A program made the position numbers and the translations under genes. A stretch of DNA of 28,946 bases from Burkholderiaceae bacterium. Its GTDB lineage: Bacteria > Pseudomonadota > Gammaproteobacteria > Burkholderiales > Burkholderiaceae_D. The DNA lies in contig JAYFNP010000095.1 in the NCBI GenBank assembly GCA_034933385.1, positions 1-28,946 of the forward strand, in the 5' to 3' direction. A model generated the notes under the pieces. That model saw only the letters and a program-made list of their open reading frames with translations. It made no database searches and had not been told where the DNA came from. Positions 26,694 through 28,946 of the stretch are shown here, one piece after another. Position 1 is the stretch's first letter, and each line of letters opens with the position of its first letter.

Positions 26694-27635
26694 CTAGTTC
26701 ACCTGCTGAATGCCGGCCAGCACCCAGCCGCCCTTGCCGGTCAGCGGCCGGGTCAGGTTCCAGACTTCGTAAAACTCGGTCGCTGGCGCATCCGGTGATT
26801 CCTTGATCGTGCCGGAAAACTGGACACTGGCCATTTGTTCGCTGCCGATGTTTTCGATGCCGAGCAGCGCAGCATCCAGGGTGATCACATCGGTTACGTT
26901 TTGCGAGGCGCCGCGCTCCTGCATCTGCATTTTCAGTTCGGCATACATTTCCGGCGTGGTGTATTCGCGAATGTCGTAGATATCGGCCTTGTCCCATGAC
27001 GCTTGCAGGCGGATGAAATAGGTTTTCGCGCTGCGCAGGAAGGCCGGCACGTCGAAATCGGACGGTACGCCATACGGCATATAGGTTGCGGATGAAGCAG
27101 CCGCATCGGCCTGATAGGCGGCCGGCTGGGCTGCCTGTGACCCCAGGCCGGAACCGATTTCCGGTGTACTGCTACCGACCGATGGTGATGAATAGCCTGT
27201 CTGATAGCCGCTGGCATAAGCGTCTTGCCGGCCAGGTTCATCCTTTTTGCGCGTCAGCAGACGGAACACGAACATCAGCGCAAAACCGATCAGTGCCACC
27301 ATCAGAATCGTGCTGATGATGCTGGCAGCCGCGCCGCCCAGGCCGAAGTGCGACAGCAGCGCACCCAGGCCGAGGCCGAGCAAGGCACCGCCGAGGATGC
27401 CGCGCCACGGGCTAGGCGGTTTTACTGCAGGTGCGGCTGGAGCCGGTGTCTGCCCGGCGGTGGGTTGGGCTTGCTGGGCCGGCGCCGCCTGCTTTTGCAT
27501 CGGCGCCTGACGGGTTACGGTGGGCGATTGTTTGCCGAAAGAGCGGCCGCCGCCGAGTCGGGCAGCCTGTGCGTCGGTGGCAATCACCGACAGGCTGCTG
27601 GCGATCAACATCATGGCGATCAAGAATTTTTTCAT
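26694..27635 (-). CDS. Tim44 domain-containing protein
   Basis: Signal peptide, [10 protein letters not shown], Gly/Ala/Pro/Gln-rich linker, TM region, and C-terminal [15 protein letters not shown]...[24 protein letters not shown] supports ATG 27635. Confidence 0.9.
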   Translation of the reverse strand: MKKFLIAMMLIASSLSVIATDAQAARLGGGRSFGKQSPTVTRQAPMQKQAAPAQQAQPTAGQTPAPAAPAVKPPSPWRGILGGALLGLGLGALLSHFGLGGAAASIISTILMVALIGFALMFVFRLLTRKKDEPGRQDAYASGYQTGYSSPSVGSSTPEIGSGLGSQAAQPAAYQADAAASSATYMPYGVPSDFDVPAFLRSAKTYFIRLQASWDKADIYDIREYTTPEMYAELKMQMQERGASQNVTDVITLDAALLGIENIGSEQMASVQFSGTIKESPDAPATEFYEVWNLTRPLTGKGGWVLAGIQQVN

Positions 27636-27661
27636 GGTCACTCCCAATAGACTTGCGGGGT

Positions 27662-28396
27662 TTATGGTTTGATTCCGGTGTGAAGCGCTGCCACACCGGC
27701 GGTCAGATTGAAGTACTGGACGTACTCGAAGCCGGCATTATGCATCATTTCCTTCAGCGTCTCCTGATCCGGGTGCATGCGGATCGATTCAGCCAGATAA
27801 CGGTAACTGTCGGCATCGCCGGCAATCTGTTGTCCCAGCCAGGGTAAAACCGAAAACGAATAGTCGTCGTACATTTTTTGCAGCGGTTGCCAGACTTTCG
27901 AGAATTCCAGCACCAGAAGCTTGCCGCCGTGTTTCAGCACGCGCTGCATTTCGGCCAAAGCAATCTCTTTGTGCGTCATGTTGCGCAAGCCAAAGGCGAC
28001 GGTGACGCGGTCGAAGTAATTGTCGGCAAACGGCAGTTTCTCGGCGTCGCAAACCGAGATGGGGACGATCCGGCCGGCGTTCAACAGCCGGTCGCGCCCG
28101 ACCTTCAGCATCGATTCGTTGATGTCGGTCAGCCAGACCTGTCCGTTCGGGCCGGCCTGTTTGGCAAACGCTTTTGCCAGATCGCCGGTGCCGCCGGCAA
28201 TGTCCAGCACCCGGAATCCGGGGCGCACGCCGGCTTGCGAAATCGTGAATGCTTTCCAGATGCGGTGCAGGCCGGCCGACATCAGGTCGTTCATCAGGTC
28301 GTAATTGCCGGCGACCGAATCGAATACGCCAGCGACACGGCGGACTTTATCTTCTTCCGCTACGGTTTCGAAACCGAAATGGGTGGTGTTGCTCAT
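27662..28396 (-). CDS. ubiE: Ubiquinone/menaquinone C-methyltransferase
   Basis: [54 protein letters not shown]. Confidence 0.96.
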   Translation of the reverse strand: MSNTTHFGFETVAEEDKVRRVAGVFDSVAGNYDLMNDLMSAGLHRIWKAFTISQAGVRPGFRVLDIAGGTGDLAKAFAKQAGPNGQVWLTDINESMLKVGRDRLLNAGRIVPISVCDAEKLPFADNYFDRVTVAFGLRNMTHKEIALAEMQRVLKHGGKLLVLEFSKVWQPLQKMYDDYSFSVLPWLGQQIAGDADSYRYLAESIRMHPDQETLKEMMHNAGFEYVQYFNLTAGVAALHTGIKP

Positions 28397-28827
28397 CGTT
28401 GGTCCAACTGTCTGATTATCGCGGCGCGCAGTGCCGGCAGCAGGCCGCGCCGCGCGCTCAAAGTGTCTGGTGGCGTGGTGCGTTGCGCCGCCGCCCAGAC
28501 CGGCGCCGGAAATTGCGCGTCGTCGGCAAAGCGCGGAATCACATGCCAGTGCAGGTGCGGCACGACATTGCCGAGCGTCGCCAGGTTGATCTTGTCCGGT
28601 TGCAGTGCCGCGCGCACCGCAGCTTCGACCTGCCAGACTGCCTCCATCAGTTCAGCGCGATCTGCCGGTGGCAGGTCGGTCATTTCCTGCACATGGGCTT
28701 TCCAGATCACGCGGCAAAAGCCGGGATGGGCCGGATCGTCGACCAGCACGACGCGCCAGCGGATGCTGTCGAACAGCAGTTCGCCCCCGGCCTGCCGGCA
28801 CAGTTCACACTCGTTTTGTTCCATCAT
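28393..28827 (-). CDS. HIT family protein
   Basis: [37 protein letters not shown] (HxHxH triad). Confidence 0.9.
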   Translation of the reverse strand: MMEQNECELCRQAGGELLFDSIRWRVVLVDDPAHPGFCRVIWKAHVQEMTDLPPADRAELMEAVWQVEAAVRAALQPDKINLATLGNVVPHLHWHVIPRFADDAQFPAPVWAAAQRTTPPDTLSARRGLLPALRAAIIRQLDQR

Positions 28828-28853
28828 CGACCCTTGAAACTTCGTAAAATCAT

Positions 28854-28928
28854 GGGGTATATACTAAAAAATGTATCCATGGCCAGATATTCCGCGGCGA
28901 TTTTAAAATACATCCGCCAGTATATTTT
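28854..28928 (+). repeat. Conserved ~75-bp intergenic element, copy C
   Basis: GGGTATA at 28855, GCCAGAT at 28882 (+27), GCGG at 28894 (+39), AAAATAC-ATCCGCCA-GTATATTTT with right arm at 28920 (+65). Matches copy B at 41 of 49 positions over offsets 27-75, ungapped. Confidence 0.88.
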
Positions 28929-28946
28929 CCGGCCGGTAGGCCGTTG

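Noticed and set aside
5155-28851. Identical 11-mer TTCGTAAAATC at 5155-5165 and 28841-28851
   Set aside because: Too short and with unrelated flanks. It is plausibly two TAAAAT -10 hexamers or chance.
272-28928. CRISPR array or integron attC interpretation of the repeats
   Set aside because: Copies are kilobases apart, in both orientations and only about 74% identical at best. There are no cas or intI genes and no RYYYAAC/GTTRRRY boxes.

Overview
Core chromosomal region of a betaproteobacterium (Burkholderiales; Oxalobacteraceae-like, inferred from gene order and protein style). It carries pyrC (5' part), a PduO-type cobalamin adenosyltransferase, xseB-ispA-dxs-folE2, an EamA transporter, an SAH riboswitch followed by ahcY-holin-like gene-metF, ygfA/slt, cca, a GNAT gene, and the minus-strand run HIT-ubiE-Tim44-ubiB, sodium:solute symporter, FmdB, DUF502, aspS, nudB. 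Two accessory insertions are visible: a 5.2-kb signalling pair (GAF/PAS histidine kinase plus PAS-PAS-GGDEF-EAL-REC protein) and an AT-rich winged-helix-HNH nuclease gene bounded by a 17-bp direct repeat of the cca 3' end. The most striking unexplained signal is a family of six ~75-bp intergenic elements with a fixed internal geometry: GGGTATA at offset 0, AAAA at +11/+12, GCCAGAT at +27, GCGG at +39, and an inverted repeat AAAATATAC-N8-GTATATTTT whose right arm starts at +65. They lie at 272-348 (+, degenerate), 9076-9149 (+), 14282-14355 (+), 16900-16974 (-), 19980-20052 (-) and 28854-28928 (+). They occur at convergent, divergent and tandem gene junctions alike, and two of them bracket the signalling island as direct repeats. 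No recombinase or transposase is encoded in the window, so their function (recombination site, mobile end, or operator/promoter module) is untested inference.
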